Source: Dehalococcoidia bacterium (GTDB taxonomy: Bacteria > Chloroflexota > Dehalococcoidia > UBA2979). Taken from it: 64,000 nt of DNA. Each line of letters starts with the position of its first letter. The stretch's first letter is position 1. The position numbers and the translations under genes were made by a program. Below, piece by piece: positions 28,424 through 38,391 of this stretch. Under the pieces are notes generated by a model, which ran no database searches, was not told the origin of the DNA, and worked only from the letters and a program-made list of their open reading frames with translations. The stretch covers positions 32,001 to 96,000 of the forward strand of contig OZ219868.1 in assembly GCA_964291495.2 (NCBI GenBank). Direction: 5' to 3'.

Positions 28424-29878
28424 ATGACCACGACCGCGCCTCGCTCCACGGAGTCACCCGCCGTCTCGCCGGGCATCGACGGCCTGCTCGACTGGGCCGT
28501 CGGCTACCGCCCGGACGAGACCGGCGAGGCGGCCACGCAGGTCCGCTACCTGCTGCTCGACCACGCCGCGAACGCGCTCGGCGGGCTCACGGCGGAGTCC
28601 TCGCGCCTCGTGCGGCGCTACGCCGCGGGCCGCGCGGGTGGCGTGCCCGCGCCCGGTGGCCATGAGTTGCTCGAGGAGTACGCCGCGTTCGTCGCGGGGG
28701 TGAGCGCGCACGCCCTCGAGAGCGACGACACGCACCAGGCCTCGTCCTCGCACCCCGGCTCGGCGGTCTTCCCCGCCGTGCTCGCGCTCGCGACCGTGGA
28801 GGGCGCGAGCTTCGAGGACGTCGTGGCGGCCAGCGTCGTGGGTTACGAGGTGATGGCCCGCATCGGCACGACCGCCACCGTGCAGGGCCAGTACGATCGC
28901 GGCTTCCACCCCACCGGCACCACCGGCGTCTTCGGCGCGGCGGCAGCAGCCTCGCGGCTGCTCGGCCTCGACGCCGCCGCGATGCGCTCGGCGCTCGGCA
29001 TCTCGCTGAGCCTCGCGGCGGGCTCGATGGCGTTCCTCGTCGACGGCGCGTGGACGAAGCGGCTGCACCCCGGCTGGGCGGCGCACGGCGGGCTCCTCGC
29101 CGCGCGGCTCGCCGCCGAGGGCTTTGCGGGGCCGCGAGACCCGATCTGCGGCCCGGACGGCTACCTGCACTCCTACAGCGACACTCCCGCCGGCGACGAC
29201 GCCGCGGAGCGCCTGACAGATGGCCTCGGCGTCGCGCCGCTGGCGATCGACCGCACGAGCATCAAGGCGCACGCCTGCTGCCGTTACAAGCAGGCGCCGA
29301 TCGACGCCGTCCTCGACCTCGTGGCCACGCACGAGATCGCGCCGGAGCAGGTCGCGCGCATCCGCGTCGGCGTGCTGGAGGCCGGCTGGAACATCATCGC
29401 GGCTCCCGAGGCGGACAAGCGCCGCCCGGCCTCGATCGTCGATGCGCAGTTCTCGATGCCGTTCGGGGCCGCCGTCGCGACGCTGCACCGCTCGGCGGGG
29501 ACGCGCCAGTACACGCCGGCGGTGATCACCTCGCCCGAGGTCGCGGCGCTGATGGACCGGGTCGAGTGCTACCGCTCGGACGACCTCGATGCGGCGTTCC
29601 CGGAGCGCTGGCCGGCCGAGGTCGTGATCGAGCTACGCGACGGCGGCAGCGTCTCGCGCCGCGTCGACTACCCCAAGGGCGACCCGGAGAATCCGCTGAG
29701 CCTGCCCGAGCTGGAGGCCAAGTTCCGCGATCTGACCGCCGGCGTCGTCACGCCCTCGGGCCAGTCGCAGGTGATCGAGGCGGCCGCGGCGCTCGGCGAG
29801 GGCGTCACGCCGTCGGCGTTCGCGGCACTGGTCGGCAGCGGCGCCATCCTCGAGGCCGCCGCGGCGGAGATCGGCTAG
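28424..29878 (+). CDS. MmgE/PrpD family protein
   Basis: HALESDDTH, HPG, RGFHPTG, KRLHPGWAA, KAHACC, AQFSMP, KGDPENP. Confidence 0.92.
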   Translation: MTTTAPRSTESPAVSPGIDGLLDWAVGYRPDETGEAATQVRYLLLDHAANALGGLTAESSRLVRRYAAGRAGGVPAPGGHELLEEYAAFVAGVSAHALESDDTHQASSSHPGSAVFPAVLALATVEGASFEDVVAASVVGYEVMARIGTTATVQGQYDRGFHPTGTTGVFGAAAAASRLLGLDAAAMRSALGISLSLAAGSMAFLVDGAWTKRLHPGWAAHGGLLAARLAAEGFAGPRDPICGPDGYLHSYSDTPAGDDAAERLTDGLGVAPLAIDRTSIKAHACCRYKQAPIDAVLDLVATHEIAPEQVARIRVGVLEAGWNIIAAPEADKRRPASIVDAQFSMPFGAAVATLHRSAGTRQYTPAVITSPEVAALMDRVECYRSDDLDAAFPERWPAEVVIELRDGGSVSRRVDYPKGDPENPLSLPELEAKFRDLTAGVVTPSGQSQVIEAAAALGEGVTPSAFAALVGSGAILEAAAAEIG

Positions 29879-29885
29879 CGCAGCA

Positions 29886-30665
29886 GTGCCGCGACCCGAG
29901 CGCTACGACTCGGCCGCGGCCGCCGTCGCCGACATCCCGGACGGCTCCTCGATCCTCGTCGCCGGCTTCCACGCGGGCGTGCCCTGGAACCTCGTGCAGG
30001 CGCTCTACGAGCAGGGCGCGAGGGACCTCGTCATGATCTCGACGACGGTGAACCGCCCGCTGCTCGACGAGGACGGGCGCGTGACGATCGCGGATCTCGT
30101 GCTGGCGGGTCGCGTGAGGAAGGTGATCGCCTCGTTCACGGCCGCGCCTCACCCGTCGCAGCCGAACGCCGCGGAGGACGTCTTCCGGGCGGGCGGGGCG
30201 GAGGCGGAGCTGGTCCCGCAGGGCACGGTCGCGGAGCGCATCCGCGCCGGCGGCGCGGGCATCCCGGCCTTCTACACCCCGGCCGGCGTCGGCAGCGCCT
30301 ACGCCGAGGGCCGCGAGCAGCGCGAGTTCGACGGGCGGACCTACGTCCTCGAGCGCGGCATCACCGCCGACTACGCCTTCGTCCGCGCGCAGCGCGCCGA
30401 CGAGGCAGGCAACCTCGTCTACCGCCGCGCCGCGCGCAACTTCAACCCGATCATGGCCACCGCCGGCCGCTGCACCATCGCCGAAGTGGACGACCCGATC
30501 CTGCCCGTTGGCTCCTTCGACCCCGACCAAGTGCACACACCCGGCGTCTATGTCGGGCGCCTCGTGCACATCGCCGAGGGCCGCATCGAGGCCCCGCGGC
30601 GGACGCGGCGCAGCGGGCGCGAGCTGGACCTCGACACACCCGAGGACACCGGAGGCGCCTCGTGA
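29886..30665 (+). CDS. 3-oxoacid CoA-transferase subunit A
   Basis: VADIPDG, PQGTVAERIRAGGAGIPAFYTP, GNLVYRRAARNFNP, HTPGVYV. Confidence 0.92.
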   Translation: MPRPERYDSAAAAVADIPDGSSILVAGFHAGVPWNLVQALYEQGARDLVMISTTVNRPLLDEDGRVTIADLVLAGRVRKVIASFTAAPHPSQPNAAEDVFRAGGAEAELVPQGTVAERIRAGGAGIPAFYTPAGVGSAYAEGREQREFDGRTYVLERGITADYAFVRAQRADEAGNLVYRRAARNFNPIMATAGRCTIAEVDDPILPVGSFDPDQVHTPGVYVGRLVHIAEGRIEAPRRTRRSGRELDLDTPEDTGGAS

Positions 30666-31345
30666 GCGGCGCCGCGAAGGAGCCGCTCAACCGCGAGCAG
30701 ATCGCCGCCGTGCTCGCCGGTCGCCTCGAGCGCGACTGGATCGTGAACCTCGGCGTTGGTATCCCCGTCCTCGGGTGCGACTTCGTCGACCTCGACGCGG
30801 GGATCGTGCTGTCCTCGGAGAACGGGCTGATCGGCTACGGCTGGCATGCTCCGCAGGGTCAGGAGGACCTCGACATCGTCTCGCCGGGGATGCAGTACGT
30901 GGTGCTGCAGCCCGGCGCAGCGATCGTCCACCACGCCGATGCCTTTGGCCTGATCCGCAGCGGGCGCGTCGATTGCTCCGTGCTCGGTGCGTACGAGGCA
31001 GCGGCCGACGGCTCGTTCGCGAACTGGACGCCGCACGCCGACGGGCGGACCGACCTCGGTGGCGTCGGCGGGGCGATGGATCTGACGCAGGGCGCGAAGC
31101 GCGTCTGGCTGACGATGTTCCACACCACGCCCGAGGGCGCTCCGCGGCTCGTCGAGCGCTGCACGCTGCCCGTCACGGGTGGCCGCCCCGCCTCGCTGGT
31201 GGTCACGGACCTCGCAGTCATCGAGGTCGGCGAGCGCGGCTTCGAGCTGCTGGAGCACGCGCCGGGCTACAGCGTCGAGGACATCCAGGCGGTCACGGCC
31301 GCGCCGCTGTCCGTCTCGCCCTCGCTGCGTCCGATGCCGGTGTAA
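30662..31345 (+). CDS. 3-oxoacid CoA-transferase subunit B
   Basis: VNLGVGIP, catalytic SENG, GGAMDL, CTLPVT; overlaps the subunit A stop. Confidence 0.92.
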   Translation: MSGAAKEPLNREQIAAVLAGRLERDWIVNLGVGIPVLGCDFVDLDAGIVLSSENGLIGYGWHAPQGQEDLDIVSPGMQYVVLQPGAAIVHHADAFGLIRSGRVDCSVLGAYEAAADGSFANWTPHADGRTDLGGVGGAMDLTQGAKRVWLTMFHTTPEGAPRLVERCTLPVTGGRPASLVVTDLAVIEVGERGFELLEHAPGYSVEDIQAVTAAPLSVSPSLRPMPV

Positions 31346-31388
31346 GCGAGCGGGCACCAGTCAGGCTGGCCGCGATGGGAGGCTTCCG

Positions 31389-31814
31389 ATGAGCGACACC
31401 GAGGCGAACAAGGCGCTCGTGCAGCGCTTCTTCGAAGAGGTGATGAACGAGGGCAACCTCGATCTCGTCGATGAGATCTTCGCCCCTGAGTACGTGAACC
31501 GGCACGCCCACCCCGGCCAGCAGCCGGGACCGGACGGCGTGCGGCAGCTGGTCACGAACGTGCGCCGCGCCTTCCCCGACCTGGTCGAGACCGTCGACGA
31601 CCTCGTCGCCGAGGGCGACCGCGTCGGCCTCCGCCTGACGCTGCGCGGCACGCACCTGGGCGCCTTCCGCGGCGCCGAGGCGACCGGCAAGCGGGTCGAG
31701 GTGATGGGGATGGCGATCGTGCGCGTCGAGGACGATCGCATCGCCGAGGGCTGGTTCTTCTTCGACCGCGAGGCGATGTGGGAGCAGCTGGGGATCGACC
31801 CGCCGGCGCGGTAG
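31389..31814 (+). CDS. SnoaL-like ester cyclase (NTF2 fold)
   Basis: ATG at 31389; NKALVQRFF, AFPD, AEGDRV, GTHLGAFRG..ATGK. Confidence 0.88.
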   Translation: MSDTEANKALVQRFFEEVMNEGNLDLVDEIFAPEYVNRHAHPGQQPGPDGVRQLVTNVRRAFPDLVETVDDLVAEGDRVGLRLTLRGTHLGAFRGAEATGKRVEVMGMAIVRVEDDRIAEGWFFFDREAMWEQLGIDPPAR

Positions 31815-31820
31815 GAGTGC

Positions 31821-31894
<74 letters not shown>

Positions 31895-32034
31895 CCACCG
31901 CGTAACGCCCGCCGAGGCGGGCGCATCCCCTCGATCCTACCATCGGCGGCCGGGCCGGGTGCACCGCCCGTTCAACCCGAATCCCGCCCCGGCGCGGTAT
32001 CCTCGCCGCGGGGCAGCGCCCCGAGGGAGGCGTC

Positions 32035-32481
32035 ATGAGCGCGGACGATCGCCTGGAGATCATGGAGCTGGTCGCGCGCTACGCCTACGCGTGGGACGCG
32101 AAGGACGCGGCCGCCTACGCTGCCTGTTTCACCGAGGACGCCGAGTTCGACGTCTACACCCGCGGCCGCGAGGCGCCCGCCATCAGTGAGCGAGGCCGCG
32201 ACGCGATCGAGAGCTGGGCGAGGCGCTCGCACAGCGGGGAGCTGGAGGGCATGCGCGAGCCCGACCCGCTCGAGCGTACGCGCCACGCGCCCGGCGGCGT
32301 GGTCTTCGACGCCCTTGAGGGCGACACGGCGCAGACGCGCGCGATGCTCTTCGAGACGCGGGTGAGCGGCGGCCGGTCCACGGCGATCCCGCAGATCTCC
32401 GGCGTCTACACCGACGAGTGGCGGCGCACGGCGGAGGGCTGGCGGCTCTCGCGGCGCGTGCTGCGCATGGACCGCCAGTAA
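32035..32481 (+). CDS. NTF2/SnoaL-like family protein
   Basis: DRLEIMELVARYAYAWD...FTEDA...GVYTDEWRRTAEGWRL. Confidence 0.85.
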   Translation: MSADDRLEIMELVARYAYAWDAKDAAAYAACFTEDAEFDVYTRGREAPAISERGRDAIESWARRSHSGELEGMREPDPLERTRHAPGGVVFDALEGDTAQTRAMLFETRVSGGRSTAIPQISGVYTDEWRRTAEGWRLSRRVLRMDRQ

Positions 32482-32515
32482 CGGCTGCGGGCGACTGCCT
32501 GGAGGGACGGGCACG

Positions 32516-33706
32516 ATGGGTTATCGACCGCGCCGGATGAAGTTCGGCATCTTCCTCGCGCCGTTCCACGAGCCGGGCGAGAACCCCACGCTCGCCATCG
32601 AGCGCGACGCGGCGCTGATCGAGGAGCTCGACCGCCTCGGCTACGACGAGGCGTGGATCGGCGAGCACCACAGCGTCGGCTGGGAGTTCATCCCCGACCC
32701 GGCGCTCTTCGCCGCACACATGGCTGCGCGCACGAAGCAGATCAAGCTCGGGACCGGCGTCGTCAGCCTCCCGTACCACAACCCGCTGATGGTCGCCGAC
32801 CGGATGATGTTCCTCGACCACCTCACCCGGGGGCGCGCGCTCTTCGGCGTCGGACCGGGCGCGCTCGCCTCGGACGCCTACATGATGGGCATCGACCCCT
32901 CCACGCAGCGCACGCGCATGGTTGAGGCGCTCGAGGCGATCCTGCCGCTGTTGCGCGGCGAGCACGTCACGATGGAGACGGACTGGTTCCACCTGCGCGA
33001 CGCGCACCTGCAGCTCGCGCCCTACCGGGAGGACCACCTCCCGGTCTCGGTCGCGCACAGCCTCTCGCCCTCGGGGCCGCAGACGGCGGGGCGCTTTGGC
33101 ATCGGGATGCTCTCGGTGGCCACGGCAGCGCCCGGCGGTATCGGCTCGCTGCAAGGCGCCTGGCAGTGGGCGCAGGAGGCCGCGGAGGAGCACGGGCAGA
33201 AGATCAGCCGCGACGACTGGCGCGTCACGATGTACTTCCACCTCGCCGACTCGAAGGAGGAGGCGCTGGCGCAGACTGCCGAGGGCTGCATCGCCTACAA
33301 CCAGGGCTACACCGGCGCGCTCGGCGTGCGCTTCGCCGAGGGCGAGGACACGATCGAGGCGATGGTCGAGCGCGGCGGCGCGATCGTCGGCACGCCCGAC
33401 GACGCGATCGAGGGCATCGAGCGGTTGCTCGAGCTCTCGGGTGGCTTCGGCGCGCTGCTCTGCTCGATGCGTGAGTTCGCGTCGACGGAGCAGACGAAGC
33501 GCAGCTTCGAGCTGTTCGCGCGCTACGTGATGCCGCGCTTCCAAGGCCAGATCGACTCGATCGAGGGCTCGCTCTCCTGGGCACAGGACAACATGCGCGA
33601 GTTGTTCGCCCCGCAGGCCGCCGCCCAGCGCAAGGCCTTCGAGGACGCCGGCATGGAGGCTCCCGCCCGCTCCCGCCGCCGCCCCGCGACGCCCTCGCAG
33701 CAGTAG
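32516..33706 (+). CDS. LLM-class flavin-dependent monooxygenase (luciferase-like)
   Basis: MKFGIFLAPFH, WIGEHHS, IKLGTGVVSLPYHNP, LDHLTRGR; the start may be the ATG at 32537. Confidence 0.92.
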   Translation: MGYRPRRMKFGIFLAPFHEPGENPTLAIERDAALIEELDRLGYDEAWIGEHHSVGWEFIPDPALFAAHMAARTKQIKLGTGVVSLPYHNPLMVADRMMFLDHLTRGRALFGVGPGALASDAYMMGIDPSTQRTRMVEALEAILPLLRGEHVTMETDWFHLRDAHLQLAPYREDHLPVSVAHSLSPSGPQTAGRFGIGMLSVATAAPGGIGSLQGAWQWAQEAAEEHGQKISRDDWRVTMYFHLADSKEEALAQTAEGCIAYNQGYTGALGVRFAEGEDTIEAMVERGGAIVGTPDDAIEGIERLLELSGGFGALLCSMREFASTEQTKRSFELFARYVMPRFQGQIDSIEGSLSWAQDNMRELFAPQAAAQRKAFEDAGMEAPARSRRRPATPSQQ

Positions 33707-33735
33707 GGCGGGGGGCCGATACCCGCGCGGCTTCC

Positions 33736-33757
33736 CTACAGCCGGGGCCGGCTGTAG
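33736..33757. terminator. Hairpin downstream of the LLM gene (terminator or REP-like)
   Basis: CTACAGCCGG-GG-CCGGCTGTAG inverted repeat; no clear U-tract. Confidence 0.4.
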
Positions 33758-33871
33758 CCTCGATCCGCGACTGCTGACATCCCACGGATGTGCCAAGGAG
33801 CCCCCGTGTCCACGACGTCGTCCGACGCCTCGAGGTTCCCGGCGCGCGTGTGGATCGGGAGCCGCTAGCAC

Positions 33872-36094
33872 ATGCTGGGGCGCGCCACCGACTTCGCGAG
33901 CAGCCGGCGCGGCAAGTGGGTCACGCTGGTCGCCTGGGTGGTGCTCGCCGGCGCGCTGATCTCACAACTGCCGCGCCTCGACGAGGTGACGGAGAACGAG
34001 GCGGCGCTCTTTCTTCCCGAGGACGCCGAGGCGACGCGCGCCTTCGATCTGGCCCGCGAGCGCTTCCCCTCGGCGGGGACGCCCACGCTGATCGTCGTTC
34101 GTGAGCCCGCAGGGCTCAGCCCGGCCACGTTCGCGGCCGTGGCCGACCTCGATCGGTGGCTGACGGGTCCTGAGGCGCCGGACAACGTCATCGCCGTGCG
34201 CGCACCAGCACCCGTCGAGGGGGCCGCATCCGGCCTCGTTTCGCCCGACGGCACCACGCTCTACGTCTTCGTCGAGCTTGCGGGGGAGCCTGCCGAGGAG
34301 GCGTTCCGCGAGGCTGTGTCCGCGATTCGCGACCGCGCCGCGGCGCTCGACCTGCCGGGCGTCGAGGTCGCCGTCGGTGGGCCCGGCGGGCTGATCGTCG
34401 ACCTCGTGCAGGTCTTCGCGAACATCGACTCGTTCCTGCTGATCGTGACCGCCTCGCTGGTACTGGTGCTGCTGGTGCTGATCTACCGCTCGCCGATCAT
34501 GGCGGTGATCCCGCTGCTGGGCGTCGGCCTCGTCTTCCAGCTCGCCGGCGCGGTCGGCGCGGGGGTCGCGAAGCTGTTCGACCTGCCGATCTCGGGACAG
34601 ACGACCGGCATCATGACGGTCGTGCTCTTCGGCACCGGCACCGACTACGTGCTCTTCGTCTCCGCCCGCTTCCGCGAGGAGCTGACCCGCAACGCCGACA
34701 AGCACGAGGCGATGCGCCGCACGATGCGCGGTGTGGGCGGGGCCGTCGCCTCGGCCGGCGCGACGATCCTGATCGCCTCGGCGGCGCTGACGTTCGCGAT
34801 CCTGCGCTCCTACCAGTCGCTCGGTCCCGTGATCGCGATCGCAGTCGGGTTGATGATGCTGGCCGCGCTCACGCTGATCCCGGCGGTGCTGACCATCGTC
34901 GGGCGGCGCGTCTTCTGGCCGATGCAGCCCCGCCTGGACCCTGAGGCGGCGGCGCAGCCGGAGGCGCCGCAGGACTGGCGGCGCAGCATCTACGGCCGCG
35001 TCGGGAGCGTCGTGTTGCGCTGGCCGCGCGCCTCACTCGCGGCGACGACGGCGGCGCTGGCGCTGCTCATCGCCGGCCTCTTCGCCTTCGAGCCGAACTA
35101 CGACCAGCTCGCCAGCCTCCCGGGCAACACCGAGTCCGTGCGCAGCTTCGAGCTGCTGCGCGAGGGCTTCCCGGGTGGCGAGCTCTCGCCGACGCGTGTC
35201 TACGTCTCGCTGCCGCCGGGCGAGCAGGTCCTCGATCCCGAGCGCCTCGAGCAGCTCGACATGCTGACGCTCACCCTCGCCGGCCACCCGGCGGTCGCGA
35301 GCGCCTCGGGGCCGAGCCGTCCCTTCGGCACGGCCGGACCGCCCGGCGGGCCGCCGGGAGCCGCGGCGCGCTTCGTCTCCGCCGACGGCGGCACGGCGCG
35401 CATCGAGGTGGTGCTGACGGACAACCCCTTCTCCGACGCATCGCTCGACGTCGTCCCCGAGCTGCGCGAGCTGGCTCGCGGCGCGGCCGCCTCGGCCGGA
35501 CTCGACCCGGGCGGCGTGCTGGTCGGCGGCGACACCGCCGCGGAGGCCGATACGCGCACGGCCGGCAACCGAGACTCGCGGGTGGTGTTGCCGCTGATCC
35601 TGCTGGCGATCGGGGTGGTGCTGGCGCTGCTGCTGCGCTCGCTGATCGCGCCGCTCTACCTGATGGCGACGATCGCCTTCACCTACTTCGCGACGCTCGG
35701 CCTCGCGGTCATCGTCTTCCTGCTGGTCTTCGACCACGCGGGGATCGGGCCGGGCGTGCCGTTCTTCCTGTTCGTCTTCCTGAACGCGCTCAGCGTCGAC
35801 TACAACATCTACCTGATGTCGCGCATCCGCGAGGAGGTGAGGCGCGCCCCGCTCAAGGAGGCGACCGCACACGCGCTGGCGCGCACCGGGCCGGTGATCA
35901 CCTCGGCCGGCCTGATCCTCGCGGGGACCTTCTCGGCGCTGATGACGCTGCCGCTCGAGGATCTCGTGCAGCTCGGCTTCGCGGTGGGCATCGGCGTGCT
36001 GATCGACACGTTCATCACGCGCACGCTGATCGTGCCGGCGCTGGTGGCGATCTTCGGCCGCTGGAACTGGTGGCCGTCACGCACGCCGGCCTGA
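33872..36094 (+). CDS. MMPL/RND family transporter
   Basis: Two TM clusters, GTGTDY..F..RFREE and LSVDYNI.L.SRIREE, TGPVITSAG. Confidence 0.92.
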   Translation: MLGRATDFASSRRGKWVTLVAWVVLAGALISQLPRLDEVTENEAALFLPEDAEATRAFDLARERFPSAGTPTLIVVREPAGLSPATFAAVADLDRWLTGPEAPDNVIAVRAPAPVEGAASGLVSPDGTTLYVFVELAGEPAEEAFREAVSAIRDRAAALDLPGVEVAVGGPGGLIVDLVQVFANIDSFLLIVTASLVLVLLVLIYRSPIMAVIPLLGVGLVFQLAGAVGAGVAKLFDLPISGQTTGIMTVVLFGTGTDYVLFVSARFREELTRNADKHEAMRRTMRGVGGAVASAGATILIASAALTFAILRSYQSLGPVIAIAVGLMMLAALTLIPAVLTIVGRRVFWPMQPRLDPEAAAQPEAPQDWRRSIYGRVGSVVLRWPRASLAATTAALALLIAGLFAFEPNYDQLASLPGNTESVRSFELLREGFPGGELSPTRVYVSLPPGEQVLDPERLEQLDMLTLTLAGHPAVASASGPSRPFGTAGPPGGPPGAAARFVSADGGTARIEVVLTDNPFSDASLDVVPELRELARGAAASAGLDPGGVLVGGDTAAEADTRTAGNRDSRVVLPLILLAIGVVLALLLRSLIAPLYLMATIAFTYFATLGLAVIVFLLVFDHAGIGPGVPFFLFVFLNALSVDYNIYLMSRIREEVRRAPLKEATAHALARTGPVITSAGLILAGTFSALMTLPLEDLVQLGFAVGIGVLIDTFITRTLIVPALVAIFGRWNWWPSRTPA

Positions 36095-36115
36095 GCGGTC
36101 CGGGGCAAACGCAAA

Positions 36116-36139
36116 CGGGGGCGGCCCGGGCCGCCCCCG
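36116..36139 (-). terminator. Rho-independent terminator between convergent genes
   Basis: Perfect 24-nt palindrome CGGGGGCGGCCCGGGCCGCCCCCG, followed by TTTGCGTTTG on the minus strand. Confidence 0.65.
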
Positions 36140-36163
36140 CTGTTCGTCCGAGGCAGGTCGCGA

Positions 36164-36955
36164 TTAGCGGCCGTGGTAGACGGGCTGGCGCTTCTCGGCG
36201 AAGGCGCGCTTCGCCTCGAGGGCGTCCTCGGTCTCCTGCAGGATGCGCGTGCGCGTCTGCTCCCAGCGGTAGCCGTTCCGCACGTCCATCGTCTCGATCA
36301 TGCTGAGGTTTTCCTTGGCGAGGCGGATGCCGATCGGCATCTTCGAGGCGATCAGCCGCGCCTCCTCCATCACCACCTCCATCAGCTGCTCGGGCGGGGC
36401 CAGCTTCCAGACCGCGCCGAAGTGGTAGGCGTCCTGCGCGCTGATGCGCTCGCCGCTGTAGTGCGCGCGGCGCACGATGTGGTGCGGGAAGGCGCGCATC
36501 ATGTGGCGCGCGCCGCCCAGCAGGCCGACGTTGATCTCCGGCAGCCCGAAGCTCGCCGTCTCCGAGGCGATCAGGTAGTCGCACGACCCGGCGAGGGCCA
36601 TGCCCGCGCCGAGGCAGTAGCCGTTGATCGCGCCGATCACCGGCACGGCGGACTCCAGGATGCAGTTGAAGTTCTCGCGGCCGCGGCGCTGGCCGGAGAT
36701 GTAGGCGGTATTGCCGCCGGCGCCGCCGGACTCCTGCGCCTCGCTGACGTCGGCCGCGCGGCGCTTCACGTCCGCCCCGGCGCAGAAGGAGCGGGTGCCC
36801 TCGCCGGTGAGCACGGCGACCCGCACGTCGGTGTTGTAGTAGAAGGAGTCGAAGACGCCCTGGAAGTCCCAGTCCTGCGAAGCCGCGTTCACAGGGGGGT
36901 TGTCCATTGTGACGAGGGCAATCCCGTCCTCGATCTCCAGTCTCAGCTCGGCCAT
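36164..36955 (-). CDS. Enoyl-CoA hydratase/isomerase family protein
   Basis: DNPPVNA, SFCAGAD, PVIGAINGYCLGAG, FGLPEINVG. Confidence 0.92.
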   Translation of the reverse strand: MAELRLEIEDGIALVTMDNPPVNAASQDWDFQGVFDSFYYNTDVRVAVLTGEGTRSFCAGADVKRRAADVSEAQESGGAGGNTAYISGQRRGRENFNCILESAVPVIGAINGYCLGAGMALAGSCDYLIASETASFGLPEINVGLLGGARHMMRAFPHHIVRRAHYSGERISAQDAYHFGAVWKLAPPEQLMEVVMEEARLIASKMPIGIRLAKENLSMIETMDVRNGYRWEQTRTRILQETEDALEAKRAFAEKRQPVYHGR

Positions 36956-37033
36956 CGGCAGACTCCTTTGGGGATGCGCGCTGGGGTTGCACGGACCGTT
37001 GCGGTCCGAGCGGACTATATCGAGCGCCGCGAA

Positions 37034-37061
37034 GCCCTACAAGGAACGCCCTACAAGGAAC
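37034..37061. repeat. Perfect 14-bp tandem duplication
   Basis: GCCCTACAAGGAAC repeated twice. Confidence 0.85.
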
Positions 37062-37101
37062 GATGGTGCGCCGTGACGTTTGCGGGGCGCCCGGGACGCA
37101 G

Positions 37102-37125
37102 AACCGCCGGCTTCAGCCGGCGGTT
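37102..37125 (-). terminator. Hairpin downstream of the tRNA pair
   Basis: AACCGCCGGCT-TC-AGCCGGCGGTT, 11-bp stem 11 nt after the tRNA-Leu CCA. Confidence 0.55.
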
Positions 37126-37136
37126 GGGGTGTGCGT

Positions 37137-37223
37137 TGGTGCCGAGGATGAGATTCGAACTCATACGCCCTTGCGGGCACCGCCCCCTCAAGACGGCGTG
37201 TCTGCCTATTCCACCACCTCGGC
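37137..37223 (-). tRNA. tRNA-Leu (anticodon GAG)
   Basis: Reverse complement GCCGAGGTGGTGGAATAGGCAGACACGCCGTC-TT-GAG-GG-GGCGG, long variable arm, GAGTTCGAATCTC, ends CCTCGGCACCA. Confidence 0.95.
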
Positions 37224-37252
37224 CCTGTTCGCGCCCTCGGGAGGGCGAATGC

Positions 37253-37328
37253 TGGCAGGAGTGGAGGGACTCGAACCCCCGACCTGCGGTTTTGGAGACC
37301 GCTGCTCTTCCAGCTGAGCTACACTCCT
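37253..37328 (-). tRNA. tRNA-Trp (anticodon CCA)
   Basis: Reverse complement AGGAGTGTAGCTCAGCTGGAAGAGCAGCGGT-CT-CCA-AA-ACCGC...GGTTCGAGTCCCTCCACTCCTGCCA. Confidence 0.96.
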
Positions 37329-37444
37329 GGGCCCTCCGAGTCTATCAACGGCCCGCCGGGGAGTGAAGCGCGGCGCAGTAGGGCGGCGCGCGTCCGCGAA
37401 GTTCGAGCTGAGGGCAGCGGCGTCGACAGCGGTCGCTGCGTGCC

Positions 37445-38341
37445 CTACCCGTCGTCGCGCTGATCGCGGAGGAAGCCCTCGAGGTCGCTCAGCAGGTCCT
37501 CGGCGGAGGGGAGCTCGGCGTCCTCGCCTGACTCTTGCTCCGCCTGCTGCTCGATGTTGGCGTCGTACTGCTGCTCCAGCATCTGGATGTAGGACTCGGC
37601 CTCGCCCGACTCCGTGACCGCCTCCTGCACCTGCTCGCTGAAGCGCTCGATGCGCCGCTCGATCCTCGCGAGCGAGGTGTTCGTACCGAAGCCGCGATCG
37701 ATCAGCTTGATGAGCGCGGCGATCGCGTTCGGGTTCGGGCCAGTCGAGAGGTAGTGCGGCAGCTGGGCCCAGAGGCTCGCGTTGCGGAAGCCGCGCTGGC
37801 GCTGGTCCACGTTGAATGCGCCGACGATGCCCGTCGGGCCCTCATAGCGGGACTGCGGCACGCGCAGCCCGAACTGGCCCTCGAAGTCTGAGTCCGAGGC
37901 GGAGAGCGTGACCGGCAGCGGTCGTGTGTGCGGGACCGCGCCGGCCTGCGCGGCGATCGTGATGCTGGTGGTCGCGCCGACCTCGACCATCAGGTCGGCG
38001 ATCGCCTCGGTGAAGGTGCGCCAGCGCAGGTGCGGCTCCGGGCCGCTCAGCAGCACGAAGTCGCGCTCCGCCCCCGGCGGGCTGGCCACGCGGAAGTGAT
38101 GCCTGGGCCAGTCGATCACACGGCGCTCGCCGTCGAGGCGCACCGTCGGGCGCTGGACGGTGAAGTCGAAGAGGCGCTCGTTGCGGATCTCGGCGAGGTC
38201 GCTCGCCTTCCACTGGTCGCCCATGTGCTTGATCGCCGCCGCCGCGGCGCCGCCGAAGTCGTTCCAGCCGGAGAATGCGGCGATCAGCACCGGGTCGCGG
38301 AGCGGCCGAACCTCGCCGATCGGTTCCACCAGCTCGTGCAT
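37445..38341 (-). CDS. PAC2 family protein (proteasome assembly chaperone-like)
   Basis: ATG at 38341; LIAAFSGWNDFG, FDFTVQRP, GPEPHLRW, VPHTRP, SRYEGPTGI, LPHYL. Confidence 0.88.
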   Translation of the reverse strand: MHELVEPIGEVRPLRDPVLIAAFSGWNDFGGAAAAAIKHMGDQWKASDLAEIRNERLFDFTVQRPTVRLDGERRVIDWPRHHFRVASPPGAERDFVLLSGPEPHLRWRTFTEAIADLMVEVGATTSITIAAQAGAVPHTRPLPVTLSASDSDFEGQFGLRVPQSRYEGPTGIVGAFNVDQRQRGFRNASLWAQLPHYLSTGPNPNAIAALIKLIDRGFGTNTSLARIERRIERFSEQVQEAVTESGEAESYIQMLEQQYDANIEQQAEQESGEDAELPSAEDLLSDLEGFLRDQRDDG

Positions 38342-38391
38342 GGAGCCTCCTCGTCCGGGGATCGCGGCTCCATCATACGGGAGCCCGCGCT

